Assembly: GCF_006345805.1 (NCBI RefSeq)
Contig: NW_021833245.1
Location: 1-64,000, forward strand
DNA from: Octopus sinensis
Taxonomy: Eukaryota
Direction: 5' to 3'
Length of the DNA: 64,000 nucleotides
Shown: in pieces, positions 63,885-64,000 of the stretch
Layout of the letters: each line of letters starts with the position of its first letter
How positions within the stretch are numbered: the stretch's first letter is position 1
Translations under genes and position numbers: made by a program
Notes under the pieces: generated by a model
Databases searched by the model: none
What the model saw: only the letters and a program-made list of their open reading frames with translations
What the model was told of the DNA's origin: nothing

Positions 63885-64000
63885 AAAGATGACGGTATGA
63901 CAAAATACTTTTTCGTCCGTCTTAACGTTCTGAGTTCAAATTCCGCCGAGGTATCTTTACCTTCAATCCTTTCAGGACCGATAAAATAAGAATCGATTCA
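63885..64000 (+). mobile_element. SINE family A-like fragment
   Basis: ACGTTCTGAGTTCAAATTCCGCCGAGG...CCGATAAAATAAG. Confidence 0.8.

Overview
AT-rich, microsatellite-dense eukaryotic DNA. It is most likely an octopus (coleoid cephalopod) intronic or intergenic region, inferred from the tRNA-derived SINE families and repeat landscape recalled from octopus genomes; no database search was run. No complete protein-coding gene can be supported, and almost all long entries in the ORF track are translations of (TA)n, (CA)n, (GAT)n, (GGT)n or (AAT)n repeats. The window does contain three or four SINE families (many copies, several as tandem dimers with a single TSD, some in inverted pairs), a decayed R4/Dong-like non-LTR element and several R4/Dong 3' tails in (AAT)n, and RTE-type LINE fragments. 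It also holds Penelope-like terminal repeats with minimal hammerhead-ribozyme motifs (one inside a tRNA-headed composite element), a hAT MITE, another TIR MITE and a Helentron-like HINE. There are three kb-scale tandem duplications and a 9-copy 111-bp tandem array. A few isolated exon-like segments with strong splice signals occur on both strands, but no protein family could be assigned to them.
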